A stretch of DNA of 64,000 nt from an uncultured Clostridia bacterium (GTDB lineage Bacteria; Acidobacteriota; Aminicenantia; UBA2199). Below, piece after piece: positions 1 to 10,300 of this stretch. The stretch covers positions 118,297 through 182,296 of the forward strand of contig CAZCVI010000007.1 in the NCBI GenBank assembly GCA_964502145.1, read 5' to 3'. Under the pieces are notes generated by a model. That model saw only the letters and a program-made list of their open reading frames with translations. It ran no database searches and was not told the DNA's origin. Positions within the stretch are counted from its first letter, which is position 1, and each line of letters begins with the position of its first letter. A program made the translations under genes and the position numbers.

Positions 1-477
1 CTGGATATGGATAAATTATTAACCGCTTTTCAAGAGTTCTTCAGGAAACATTTTGAAAGCTGGGTGGGTGGTTTTACCTATGCAGAAGCAGGCGCACAAC
101 TGTTATTGCAAGCATTTTTAGCCCGCCTTGTTAATGGCGGCGGCAGAGTAGAACGGGAATATGGCCTCGGACGCATGCGCACCGATTTATTGGTGTTGTG
201 GCCTTTAAATGTTAACCCAATTCTACCCAAAGACCACTATGCCCGCTTTGAACACGTGCAACAAGTAGTCATCGAATTAAAATTACAGCACACCAACACC
301 CTGGCCGCTACCATTCAAAGCGGTTTGGCACAAACCGTTCAATACATGGATAAATGCGGCACGAAAGAAGGGTATCTATTGATTTTTAACTCCTCCCCCA
401 CCGCCACCTGGGAAGAAAAACTCTTCAAAAAAGAAGAGACCTTCAATGACATCCCCATTAAAATCTATGGCATGTAA
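1..477 (+). CDS. C-terminal fragment of a PD-(D/E)xK (DUF1703/PDDEXK_9-like) domain protein; 5' end lies outside the window
   Basis: The ORF is in frame from base 1. The motif GRMRTDLLVLWP...VVIELKL is typical of the PD-(D/E)xK C-terminal domain of AAA-ATPase-like DUF1703 proteins. Confidence 0.5.
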   Translation: MDMDKLLTAFQEFFRKHFESWVGGFTYAEAGAQLLLQAFLARLVNGGGRVEREYGLGRMRTDLLVLWPLNVNPILPKDHYARFEHVQQVVIELKLQHTNTLAATIQSGLAQTVQYMDKCGTKEGYLLIFNSSPTATWEEKLFKKEETFNDIPIKIYGM

Positions 478-525
478 CACCACCCGCCACGGTGTCATAA
501 AAAAAAAATTTTTTTAAAAAAACCA

Positions 526-559
526 TTGACTTTTTAAGCCCAATTCTTTAAGATATAAT
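526..559 (+). promoter_or_regulatory. Sigma70-like promoter candidate (TTGACT, 17 bp spacer, TAAGAT, TATAAT adjacent)
   Basis: Motifs read directly from the sequence upstream of the repeat/protease locus. The spacing is ambiguous. Confidence 0.25.
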
Positions 560-593
560 CATACGTATTCAGCTTCTCATGGCGACTTGTTGA

Positions 594-1106
594 ATGATGG
601 CAGTGCAAGTCCAAAACCTGGACATGTTTTTTTACTCCCAATGGTTTCAGGGAGAAAAGAACAAGGAAACCAGGGAAAACAACAAGGAATCGAGGAAAAA
701 GAACGAAAAAACCAAGGAAAAGAACAGGGAAACGAGGGAAAGCGACAAAAGGCCCAGAGAAAAAGACAAGAAAACCAAGGAAAACAACAAAAAAACCAGG
801 AAAAAAGATAAGGGAACCAGGGAAAAATACAAAAACACCACTACAATGACAGAGTTTACCCTCACACTTGACCATTTCACTTCAACCCAGAGACATATTG
901 GTCGTGATAGTCCAAAAAATTCACGGGATATCACTCGCTTTTTTATTTTTCTAACCACTTCACCTCCACACTTCATCACTTCGATCTTTCCCCTCCTGCA
1001 TTCACCAGTAAAAATACAAAACAAGCGGCAACTTTTGACATCATCACCAGAACATGGTACACTTTACTCTTATTTAAAACATATATCAAAGCGGAGCGAA
1101 ACATGA
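594..1106 (+). CDS. Questionable ORF encoding a K/E/R/N-rich heptad-repeat low-complexity protein; may instead be a non-coding leader
   Basis: The ORF reads through the 21-bp (7-aa) repeat. Its stop overlaps the protease start in an ATGA arrangement at 1103-1106. There is no convincing RBS, and other frames and strands are also open across the repeat. Confidence 0.3.
   Translation: MMAVQVQNLDMFFYSQWFQGEKNKETRENNKESRKKNEKTKEKNRETRESDKRPREKDKKTKENNKKTRKKDKGTREKYKNTTTMTEFTLTLDHFTSTQRHIGRDSPKNSRDITRFFIFLTTSPPHFITSIFPLLHSPVKIQNKRQLLTSSPEHGTLYSYLKHISKRSET
648..838 (+). repeat. About 190-nt polypurine-rich tract made of roughly 9 degenerate 21-bp tandem repeats (e.g. GAAAAGAACAAGGAAACCAGG)
   Basis: The plus strand here is almost exclusively A/G with few C and very few T. 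A 21-bp periodicity is visible by eye. Confidence 0.8.
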
Positions 1107-2155
1107 TCGAGAATAAAAAATCACCTTTCAGCTTATCCATAGAAGCACTGGAACAAGAACTACTGGCCCGAAGCTCACAGATACCCAGTGAAAGACTATT
1201 CCTATTCAACGACACGGAAGGAACCACTTCCCGCCACAACATCATGAAAGAAATAAAAAAATCCCTCCTCTCCCCCCCTGCACTTAATTCGGCTCTGGCA
1301 GATATCAATACTTATGACCTGGCTAAAATACTGGTATTCAAAACCAAACCAGGCATGGACTGCACACGCGGCAATCTAGCGGAAGATATTTTAGATTGTT
1401 ATGAAATTACCGACGCCCCTATCCTCAATAATACTCTTTCCGTGGCCGCACTATGCAATGCAGACGATTTGCACGAAACCAGCCACGGTCACACATCTCT
1501 TAAAACCAAAAACTACGGCAAAACCTTTAACCTGTGCGAACTGGAACCCTTTCGCGACCAACCCATCGCCACCGGTAATATAGGGACCGGTTTTTTGCTG
1601 TCCGAAGATATTCTCGCCACCACTAACCGCTGGATAGAGCAAAACAATCTGACCCACTTGCGTGTCCTCTTTGGCTATTCCATGACAGATATCGGCTCCC
1701 CCAACACTACTTTCCAAGCCGAAGACATCTATCACGTTCGCAACATTATCCAACAGGGCTCCTCCCTTCAAGGCGACGATTGGGTTTTGCTAAAACTGGA
1801 CCGCAAGGTGACCGGATATAAAAAAGTCGTGCTCTCCAAAACAAAGATATCTTCTGATCAGGAAATATATGTGATCGGGCACCCGCTGGGCTTACCATTA
1901 AAGTACTCGGCAGGCGCATTCGTGGAAGAGACCCACGATTCTTCATTTACAGTTAACCTAAACATTTATGCCCCTTCCAGCGGTTCCCCCGTATTTGACC
2001 AAAACACCCACCACGTCATCGGCATAGTCGTCAGTTCCAATCGGCCTAATTTTATTTGGACAGGAAATGGCTGGTTGTCTGTCAACTCCCCGGACGGAAC
2101 AAAAATCACCTGCGCGCTAATTCCTGAAAAACTCCTTGATTTAGCAAAAGCATAA
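1103..2155 (+). CDS. Trypsin-like (S1/chymotrypsin-fold) serine peptidase with an uncharacterised N-terminal domain of about 200 aa
   Basis: DWVLLKLD carries the catalytic Asp context. GHPLGLP and PSSGSPVF carry the Ser nucleophile motif. GGAG lies 8 nt upstream of the ATG. Confidence 0.7.
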   Translation: MIENKKSPFSLSIEALEQELLARSSQIPSERLFLFNDTEGTTSRHNIMKEIKKSLLSPPALNSALADINTYDLAKILVFKTKPGMDCTRGNLAEDILDCYEITDAPILNNTLSVAALCNADDLHETSHGHTSLKTKNYGKTFNLCELEPFRDQPIATGNIGTGFLLSEDILATTNRWIEQNNLTHLRVLFGYSMTDIGSPNTTFQAEDIYHVRNIIQQGSSLQGDDWVLLKLDRKVTGYKKVVLSKTKISSDQEIYVIGHPLGLPLKYSAGAFVEETHDSSFTVNLNIYAPSSGSPVFDQNTHHVIGIVVSSNRPNFIWTGNGWLSVNSPDGTKITCALIPEKLLDLAKA

Positions 2156-2311
2156 ACGACTGACAACATACCGTCACCCAGACTGAAGGAAATCGTCTGC
2201 ATTCAATCCAACACCCCGGAGTTTTCTCTCCTAACGTCCTAGTTTCTTAACTTCCTAACCTCCATCTTTTTTTTTGATAGACTATTTTGCATGATTTATG
2301 GACTATTTTTA

Positions 2312-2340
2312 TTGCGACGCGTACAAAGTTCCCCTATAAT
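2312..2340 (+). promoter_or_regulatory. Sigma70-like promoter: TTGCGA, 17 bp spacer, TATAAT
   Basis: Consensus-like hexamers with a 17-bp spacer lie about 35 bp upstream of the AGGAGG RBS of the 2376 gene. Confidence 0.4.
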
Positions 2341-2375
2341 CATGCCATAACATATAAATTACAGGAGGTAATAAA

Positions 2376-2714
2376 ATGGCAAGTCAAGCCGAGGTTATAG
2401 TAAAAAACAAATTGAATGTAGGCGGTCTCAACGTGAACCGCAAAATCGAGAATGGTCCAATTGATTATAATACGACCATTGCAATTGGCGCAAATGAAAA
2501 CATCCCGCTATTGAGCACAGATGTTCAATTGGTCATCAACACCCCAGAAGGACGGGATACCAAAGAGTGCCTTCTCAAGTTAAGATCATCCGTGGATATG
2601 GCCGTGACATTTTCCAGAACCAATTCAAACTGGACATTTCAAATTATTCCCAACAGTTTACCACCAGATATTCCCCTGGCAGTAAACATCAGCGTGGGCG
2701 AAGACGAACCGTGA
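2376..2714 (+). CDS. Hypothetical small protein (112 aa)
   Basis: Strong RBS: AGGAGG lies 8 nt upstream of the ATG. The ORF is clean. No recognisable motifs. Confidence 0.6.
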   Translation: MASQAEVIVKNKLNVGGLNVNRKIENGPIDYNTTIAIGANENIPLLSTDVQLVINTPEGRDTKECLLKLRSSVDMAVTFSRTNSNWTFQIIPNSLPPDIPLAVNISVGEDEP

Positions 2715-3226
2715 TCAGTAAAAAAACAACATGGCAGAACTAGGGTAGAAATCACCAAAACCGAAACCTAAAAAAAAGCGGAAACAAACCAAAATGACAC
2801 ACGTCCCCTCTCTCCCCCTGATATTCGGTTTTAAAACAAAGAATTCTCCCCGTTCGTTAAAACAAGCACCCAGCCAAAACGTGTGGGCACTTGTGAGGTT
2901 AGACCGTAAAGTGGAGGAGCGGCAGGTAATGCCATTATCCCAAGGCAAAGTTCCCTGCCGCTTCCCACTCTTTACGATTATTTGGCACCCAGGGGGATGG
3001 CGGTCAGACTATAGACTTCCCCACCCCCTGTTTTCACCGCCTTACATACTTCAGGCGGGAAAAAATAACTGGAAACAAAAGTCGCAGGCGCGAAGCCAAC
3101 AAATCCCATCACAATACTTAAAAAAAGCAGGAGAATGCCTTATGAATAAAAGACTAAGTGTCAGTTATGCAATGTTGAAGATTATTATATTGAAGCTAAA
3201 AAAAAAACGATGAAGGATGCGGAACA

Positions 3227-3622
3227 ATGATCAAAGGAACTAAAATCACGGTTGAAAATAAACTGATTGCTGAAAAAAGAGATATCAATATCTACCACCA
3301 TTCCTCACGGGGCGCGCATCTGATTAGCTATGACAGATCTTTGGAGATTTACCTAAAAACCGATATTGAAAACGATTACCTGCACATTTCCGTGGTCAGT
3401 GGTCCGGGACATTTAAAAAATAGGAGCGTGGTCAATTTACCCTCATGGGCCAATTTTGAATTTTTCCTGGACGGTAAGGTTACCATCAATCATGCCAATA
3501 ATCGCATCCTGGTGGTTATCCCTCCCGGTCTACCAGAATGGCAAGTGCGGGTGATACGCCCTTATGACGGGGATTATGGAGAAGATCACATCATCATCGG
3601 CGATGAAATTGGTCTAATATAA
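3227..3622 (+). CDS. Hypothetical small protein (131 aa)
   Basis: ORF with an N-terminus (ITVENKL) loosely resembling that of the 2376 protein. A terminator-like hairpin follows downstream. Confidence 0.5.
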   Translation: MIKGTKITVENKLIAEKRDINIYHHSSRGAHLISYDRSLEIYLKTDIENDYLHISVVSGPGHLKNRSVVNLPSWANFEFFLDGKVTINHANNRILVVIPPGLPEWQVRVIRPYDGDYGEDHIIIGDEIGLI

Positions 3623-3700
3623 CACCATGGAAAGGGTTAACTTCCCCAACCGGTAGGGTCAAACAGAAAGGTGAGGATAAGGATAGGAGAAAGGAAGGGA

Positions 3701-3746
3701 AAGGTTAAGGTCGGGAAAACAACAGAACTATCTCGACCTTAACCTT
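3701..3746 (+). terminator. Perfect 13-bp stem hairpin (AAGGTTAAGGTCG...CGACCTTAACCTT) followed by a T-rich stretch
   Basis: The inverted repeat was read directly from the sequence. It lies downstream of the 3227..3622 CDS. Confidence 0.4.
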
Positions 3747-3971
3747 ATTCTCCATCATCCAATTTATAGTGCAAAAAACAGAAGCCCAACACAGAACCAG
3801 TCAATTTTTGAAATTTCTCTTGAAAAAAAAAGCGTTTTCCTTTACAATAGGGATTCAGTAAAATTTTTATTGTCTGACAAAAGCGAAAAGGGAGTATCTT
3901 GTCTCAGCCCAATAGACGATGTGATATAATCGTCCTCTGACCAAACCTACTCCTAAAGGAGGTAACATCCC

Positions 3972-6383
3972 ATGCCTACACCTGCCAATCCCCTGCTCTT
4001 GGTCATTGATGACGAGAAACCCATTCGTCAAAGTATCCGGTATTATCTGGAAGATTGCAATTATGGCATTGAAGAAGCAGAGAATGGCCATATCGGCATA
4101 CAGAAATTCAACCAGTTAAAACCAGACCTGGTCCTGGTCGATTTAAGAATGCCCGAACTGGATGGCATAGAAGTCTTAAAAGTCGTGACCCGCGAATCAC
4201 CCCACACGCCGATTCTCGTAATGTCCGGTACGGGTGTTATCGGCGACGCCGTCGAAGCGCTACGCCTGGGTGCTTGGGATTACCTTTTCAAACCATTCGA
4301 AGATTTAACCGTGTTGCGTCATGCCATTGAAAAAGCATTGGAACGAACACGCCTCATTCGCGAAAATCTGGCTTACCAGCACCAACTCGAAGCCATTGTC
4401 GCCCAACGCACCCAAGAATTGGACTTCGCAGCCAAAGAATGGCGCAAAAGCGAGGAAAAATACCGGCTCCTGGTCGAAAATCAACAAGATATGATCATCA
4501 AATTCGACACCCAGGGCCGCTTGCTCTTTGTCAGCCCCACCTATTGCAGAAACTTTGGCAAATCCCAGGAAGAACTACTCGGTCAATCCTTTATGCCCCT
4601 TATTCACCTCGACGATCACGCTAAAGTAAAACAATCCATTGAAGACGTCTATAAACCACCTTATTCAACCTCAGTGGAAGCACGTTCCCTGACCACCGAA
4701 GGCTGGCGCTGGCAAGCCTGGTTAAATACAGCCGTTCTGAATAAAGAGCAAGAAGTTCTGACCATTATCTCGGTGGGTCGCGATATTAGCGCGCGAAAAC
4801 AGGCCGAAGCAGAACGAGAACGCCTGGAAATGGCAGTGGAACAAGCCTCGGAAATTATCTTCATCACCGATACCAACGGCACTATCATTTATGCAAACCC
4901 CGCCTTTTCCACCATCACCGGATACTCCAAGCAAGAAGCCATCGGTCAAAACCCACGTTTGTTAAAAAGCGGCAAACAAGACCCCGATTTTTACCTCGAT
5001 TTGTGGTCCACCATTACCAGTGGCAAAACCTGGACCGGTCAGATCGTCAATCGTAAAAAGGACGGCTCTTTATATACCGAGGATGCCACGATTACTCCTA
5101 TTCGCTCCTATTCCGGCGAAATTGTCAGTTTTGTGGCAGTCAAACGTGATATCACCGAAGAACTAAAATTGCAAGCCCAGTTGCATCTCGCGCAAAAAAT
5201 GGAGGCTATTGCCAGTTTAACAGGCGGTATTGCCCATGATTTTAACAATCTCCTGACTGTGATCAATGGTCACGCTGAAATCGCCATGGTAAAACTGCAA
5301 AAAGGACAACCCGTACTCCGCGATGTTCAAGCCATCATGCAGGCTGGAGAACGTGCGGAAAATTTAACCCGACAACTCCTCACCTTTAGCCGCAAACAAA
5401 TCTACACTCCCAAAGTGATTGATATTAATTTCGTGATCAACCAGTTGGAAAAAATACTCCATCGTTTAATCAGCGAAGAGATTCACCTTGAAATAAATTT
5501 CGCCGCCGATATCCCACCCATTAAGGCGGACCCCGGACAAATCGAACAAATATTGATGAATCTGATCGTCAATGCCAGGGATGCTATTCTGGAAAATACC
5601 AGCCCCGGCAATGACAAACGAATTCTTATTGAAACTCATCGGATTTACCTCGATGAATCCTTTGTGGCCGATCATGTCGGCAGCCACATCGGCTTACATG
5701 TCGCCCTCATTGTCAGCGACACTGGTATTGGCATGGATGACGCGATAAAGGAAAAAATCTTCGAACCTTTTTTTACCACCAAGGAGAAAGGAAAAGGCAC
5801 CGGTCTGGGTTTGTCCACCGTGTATGGGATTATCAAACAGAACAACGGCAGTATCTTTCTCTATAGCGAACCCAATATCGGCACTACCTTTAAAATCTAT
5901 TGGCCTTCCACGGAAGAACAACACGCGCCAGAGGTCATCATTGAAAAAAACCACCTCGCGCTCACCGGAACCGAAACCATTTTACTGGTCGAAGACGACG
6001 ATGCAGTACGGACGTTTGCCTTGGATGCACTCACAGAAATGGGATACCACGTTTTTGAAGCCGCCAATGGAAAAATAGCCTATCACATGATTCAAGAAAA
6101 GCAAATGGTTCCCGATTTGTTGCTCACCGATCTGGTTATGCCCGAAATGAACGGGAAAGAACTCTCTGAAAAGTTGCGCGAAATGATGCCCAGCTTAAAG
6201 ATTCTCCTCGCTTCCGGGTACACCGATAATCGTATTCTTAAACGAGATGAACTCGGTGAAGGTGTCTATTATATTCAAAAGCCCTATTCATATCAATCAT
6301 TGGCAGCCAAAATCAGGGAGATACTCGATGAATCAACCAAAGAATCCACCTATGCATTAATTAACGAGCAGGTATCTTCATAA
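3972..6383 (+). CDS. Hybrid sensor histidine kinase/response regulator (REC-PAS-PAS-HisKA-HATPase-REC)
   Basis: N-terminal receiver (LVLVDLRMPELDG). H-box GGIAHDFNNLL. G-box GTGLGLSTVYG. C-terminal receiver (LLLTDLVMPEMNG). AGGAGG RBS. Confidence 0.9.
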   Translation: MPTPANPLLLVIDDEKPIRQSIRYYLEDCNYGIEEAENGHIGIQKFNQLKPDLVLVDLRMPELDGIEVLKVVTRESPHTPILVMSGTGVIGDAVEALRLGAWDYLFKPFEDLTVLRHAIEKALERTRLIRENLAYQHQLEAIVAQRTQELDFAAKEWRKSEEKYRLLVENQQDMIIKFDTQGRLLFVSPTYCRNFGKSQEELLGQSFMPLIHLDDHAKVKQSIEDVYKPPYSTSVEARSLTTEGWRWQAWLNTAVLNKEQEVLTIISVGRDISARKQAEAERERLEMAVEQASEIIFITDTNGTIIYANPAFSTITGYSKQEAIGQNPRLLKSGKQDPDFYLDLWSTITSGKTWTGQIVNRKKDGSLYTEDATITPIRSYSGEIVSFVAVKRDITEELKLQAQLHLAQKMEAIASLTGGIAHDFNNLLTVINGHAEIAMVKLQKGQPVLRDVQAIMQAGERAENLTRQLLTFSRKQIYTPKVIDINFVINQLEKILHRLISEEIHLEINFAADIPPIKADPGQIEQILMNLIVNARDAILENTSPGNDKRILIETHRIYLDESFVADHVGSHIGLHVALIVSDTGIGMDDAIKEKIFEPFFTTKEKGKGTGLGLSTVYGIIKQNNGSIFLYSEPNIGTTFKIYWPSTEEQHAPEVIIEKNHLALTGTETILLVEDDDAVRTFALDALTEMGYHVFEAANGKIAYHMIQEKQMVPDLLLTDLVMPEMNGKELSEKLREMMPSLKILLASGYTDNRILKRDELGEGVYYIQKPYSYQSLAAKIREILDESTKESTYALINEQVSS

Positions 6384-6479
6384 TGCCAGTCAGCGCGAAT
6401 TTTTTAAAGCAACCGGTGCCGCCACCCAAAACGAATGGCTCTGTTCACATTTAAAAATAAACATTAAAAGAGGTAAATC

Positions 6480-7238
6480 ATGGTTAATTCATTTCAATTC
6501 AAGCAAAAAATACAAACGCGACAACCCATGATCGGGTCCATGCTGACACTTGACAGCAGCGAGGTTGCCGAGATTTATGCAGCAGCCGGTTATGATTGGT
6601 TATTCGTGGATATGGAACACTCGACCCTGGACCCCAAAAGTGCGCAACGGATTCTACAGGCCGTCGGTAATAGTTGTCCCTGCGTGTTACGGCCCCCATG
6701 TTTTGATGAAGCATGGATCAAAAAGACTTTGGATACTGGCGCAGCCGGGATTCTTCTCCCCCGGGTGAATTCAGCAGCCCAAGCCCAACAAATACTCCGT
6801 TTTTGCAAATACCCGCCCACCGGGTGTCGCAGTGTTGGACTGACCCGCGCCCAGGGTTACGGTACCCAGTTTGAAGAGTATTTAGCCCACGCTAACCACG
6901 ATATTGCCGTTATTATTCAAATCGAAGATATCGCTGCCATTAATAATATAGAGGAAATCGTTGCCGTTCCCGGTATTGATGCCCTGTTTATTGGTCCTTA
7001 TGATCTTTCTGGCAGCATGGGCAAAACAGGACAGGTTAAAGACCCCGAAGTGCTGGCACAAATTGAAAAAGTACGCCGCGCCGGTTTAGAAGCAGGCTTG
7101 GCCGTGGGCATTTTTACAGTCAACCCCGCAGATGTAAAATCTTTGCTTCAACAAGGATTTACTTTGATTACAGTGGGCGTGGACACCTCTATCCTTTCCA
7201 AAACATTAAAAGAAACCCTCCAACTCATCCGCAATTAA
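6480..7238 (+). CDS. HpcH/HpaI family 2-keto-3-deoxy-acid aldolase
   Basis: Length and N-terminal region (DSSEVAEIYAAAGYDWLFVDMEHS) are characteristic of the HpcH/HpaI aldolase family. Confidence 0.8.
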   Translation: MVNSFQFKQKIQTRQPMIGSMLTLDSSEVAEIYAAAGYDWLFVDMEHSTLDPKSAQRILQAVGNSCPCVLRPPCFDEAWIKKTLDTGAAGILLPRVNSAAQAQQILRFCKYPPTGCRSVGLTRAQGYGTQFEEYLAHANHDIAVIIQIEDIAAINNIEEIVAVPGIDALFIGPYDLSGSMGKTGQVKDPEVLAQIEKVRRAGLEAGLAVGIFTVNPADVKSLLQQGFTLITVGVDTSILSKTLKETLQLIRN

Positions 7239-7256
7239 ACCCAATATTAGGCCATT

Positions 7257-7304
7257 CCCGGAGGTCCAGAGCCTTTTTTTTAAAAAGCGCCCTGGCCTCC
7301 GGGG
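7257..7304. terminator. Hairpin with a 12-bp stem (CCCGGAGGTCCAG...CTGGCCTCCGGG) and a T-run, sitting between convergent genes; possibly bidirectional
   Basis: Inverted repeat and TTTTTTTT were read in the sequence. Confidence 0.5.
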
Positions 7305-7314
7305 ACAACTAACT

Positions 7315-10300
7315 CTATTGACCCAATTCTATAGTAAATGCTTTTATTGGATGATATCCCTTGGCAATAACTGTACTGCCCTTAAATATACCCCATGAGG
7401 GCACGCGGCCTAGTTCGTTGGTCATCTGATAAAGCTGCAAAGCACTGTTGGCCAACAGTAAATACACCACCCGTTGCGCATTATAGGGATTCGGCAATAC
7501 CAATATTAACCCATCATCTGCCGCACCATAAGTCTTGCCCTGCCACTGGAAAACATTCTTGCCAGACTGTACTCCCAGTTTATCCAATAGCAGCGCCATA
7601 ATCCGATTGTCTGCTGGTCCACCCAGAACAATCAGGTCATGATCTTTTAATGCGTCCAGATTCACCTCGCTGTCTTTTAAAACCGGTGGCAATATCTCTG
7701 TGAATGTATCTGCCAACAGTTCCCGGTAGCGCAGTGTCAGCGTGTGATTCGCTTCAATCTGCTGGTTAGTCCCGTAGATAAAAAGAGTATGGTCAAAATC
7801 GTCGAAATAATTCGCAAAGGTATAATAATCCTCAAAAGAAACCGGGATTTCAGCCCCTGCATTAAACACCATTTTTCCCGGTTTTCCCGGTAACGTGAAA
7901 ACAAACGTGTTTGTTTCCTTGTTTACTTCTACCATTTCCCTATGCGTCCCTTTTTCCGTTTCCACAGACACCGACGTCATAAAATGATAGGGCGTTCCTT
8001 TTTGTTGGACTGTCAGGTTTAATGTCCATGTTTCACCCGTTTGTGTTGCCGTCGCATTGACCGTCATTTCTGGTAAAGTTTTCCGTTCCAGCCACTGCAT
8101 GATAAACATTTTTAATGGTTTAGCCGCGATTTTTTCCGCCGTGCTGATAAACTCGTCATTCCTCATCGGTCTCTCTTTGAACTCGTCATGCACCGCGTTC
8201 ATCACCTCGGAGAAGATTTTATTACCCAGATAAAGACGCAATTGATGCAATAAATAGGTTCCACGAATGCGGGGGATACGGTAATGACCATAACGATCGT
8301 ACATCCGTTGCGCTTCCAATGGAGCGATTGCTTCTTCATGGGCGATAGTGTACAGATATTGGGTATTCATAGATAAAAATTGTTCCGTTAGATATTCAAC
8401 CCCTTTGCCCGTGTCTTCAGGAAGTCCTTTTAACATGCGCCAATACCCGGCACTGCCACTGATAAACCAATTCTCCCGATTGGATGCCGGGTACACCGTA
8501 TTAAACCAGAGCATTCGCGTATCAAAACTATAAAACTCTTTCACTTTCGCGAAATCAGGTTTCCCAGCGCTCGCTACTTTCGCCGCGTTCGCTTCTTGGT
8601 CCAGCTTTTTTTTCAAAGCCACCAGCTTTTCCGTCACAAATATCGGGCTGATAATCGAATAACCCAGCGATAAGTGAGGCAATACATTCGGAAGATCCTT
8701 CAGTATACGTGTCCGATTGGAAGGGAATTTCTCCCGCAACGTCACCTTGCCAAAATGGGCGAGAAAAACCAGTTGTTTGGCCATCTCCGTCGTGGTAATT
8801 TTGCCATCGCACGCATGCGGTCTATTAATAGGAGAAGACGCCCACATATTAACACCCACAGTTGAATCAAACTTGCCATTGTATTTCTGGAAGAATTGCA
8901 TGAATGACACGTCCCGGTTCCAGGGCATAAAAATCAGATCATACGGCGCGTTGTCCGGGCCATTCACATATTCTTTGCGCACCTCGTCATCCTTGTTGTT
9001 ATTGTCGCTCCAGAAAAAACCCTTGGTGCCACCGGGAAAATCGCCCGTGCCACTGCGCCACAGCTTCATTTTCTTTGTGCCCAGCAACAAGATCGCTGTT
9101 TCATTCGTTTTTGCATCACCAATCAACCAATCATTCGTATACATGCCATTATTTTTTTCAAACAGAATCTTCACCACATCATCAATACTACTCGCATATT
9201 GCGCCGCTTTGCGAATCCGGTTCGATTGTGGCGTGCCGTTCATATCCAACGGTGTTTGACTCGTCGTCGTTTCCCCGATCATGATGCCCGCGTCATTCAC
9301 ATAAAAATCCGCGCCGGAATGAATGCCGCCGGGAAACGTTTCATACACCAATCGGTGCCCCGTGTCTGGTTTCACATCGCAGATCACGTTCCAATGAACG
9401 CCAGTGTAACCATTCCACATGAAAAGTTGCCCAAACACGATGTCGCCATTGGGAGTAGCCGGTCCATTGGCCAGAAAACCAGAACACTTATGCTCGCGCA
9501 ATGGAATATTTAATTCATCTTCAGCAGCCAGGAAATTTTTGCCGCTCAAGGCATGACGTGCGCCCCGTGCTCCGTCTGCCATCTGGTTAATGTCAATAAT
9601 AGAGTTAATGACCACGATATCCAACAGATCCAAAGCCGTTCCGTTAAAAGTAGCCCCCGCTTTAGCCGCGCCATCCGCGATACCTCTCATTTCCGTCAGA
9701 TACTCCGCGTCATACTTTCCTAACATGAAAGCATCCGTGATAAAACGCACTTTTTGCCAGCCATCTTCCGGTTTATTATTATTTTCCAGGTAAGCCAGTT
9801 TCGTGATATACGCCGCAATCTCATTGGCCAGTAAGTAACCGTATTGATAGCCCCGTTGATACGGTTTCCCTTCAATATGAACAAATATCCATCCTTTATC
9901 AGTATAGCGAAAAGCCGGCCCGAACCATTTGACTGTGTCCATTGGAACATAAGCCGTGATATCCTCCACTTTTTCCACGCCAATACCATCAAACCAAGTA
10001 TTTCCCATGGCTTTGCCATTGAACCCCAAATGTAACCTTATCCGGTCTTGGGTGCGGGTCGCGATAAAAAGAGTTTCTATTCTCGTCCAATCCGAGGTTC
10101 CCCCCACGGCAGGCGAGTGATTCGTAAAAGGCAGGGATTCCATTGTCAGACATGCTGCCACCGGTGTGGGATAACGGTCCATCGGACGCGTTACCGCCGA
10201 CTCTGTTTTTACCCAGCCGCTCAACCGGTACAGGTGTCCCACCTGAAAATGAAGGGGCGTGGAAAACACCTCGCTCTGTTCCCATCCCGTATGAGATATT

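Noticed and set aside
647-1024. Minus-strand 125-aa ORF across the polypurine repeat
   Set aside because: It is a pyrimidine-strand reading (F/L/S-rich) of a low-complexity repeat, which is open in several frames. There is no independent support.
2794-3213. 139-aa ORF in the 2715-3226 intergenic region
   Set aside because: No RBS. The composition is not protein-like. The region is better explained as structured non-coding DNA.
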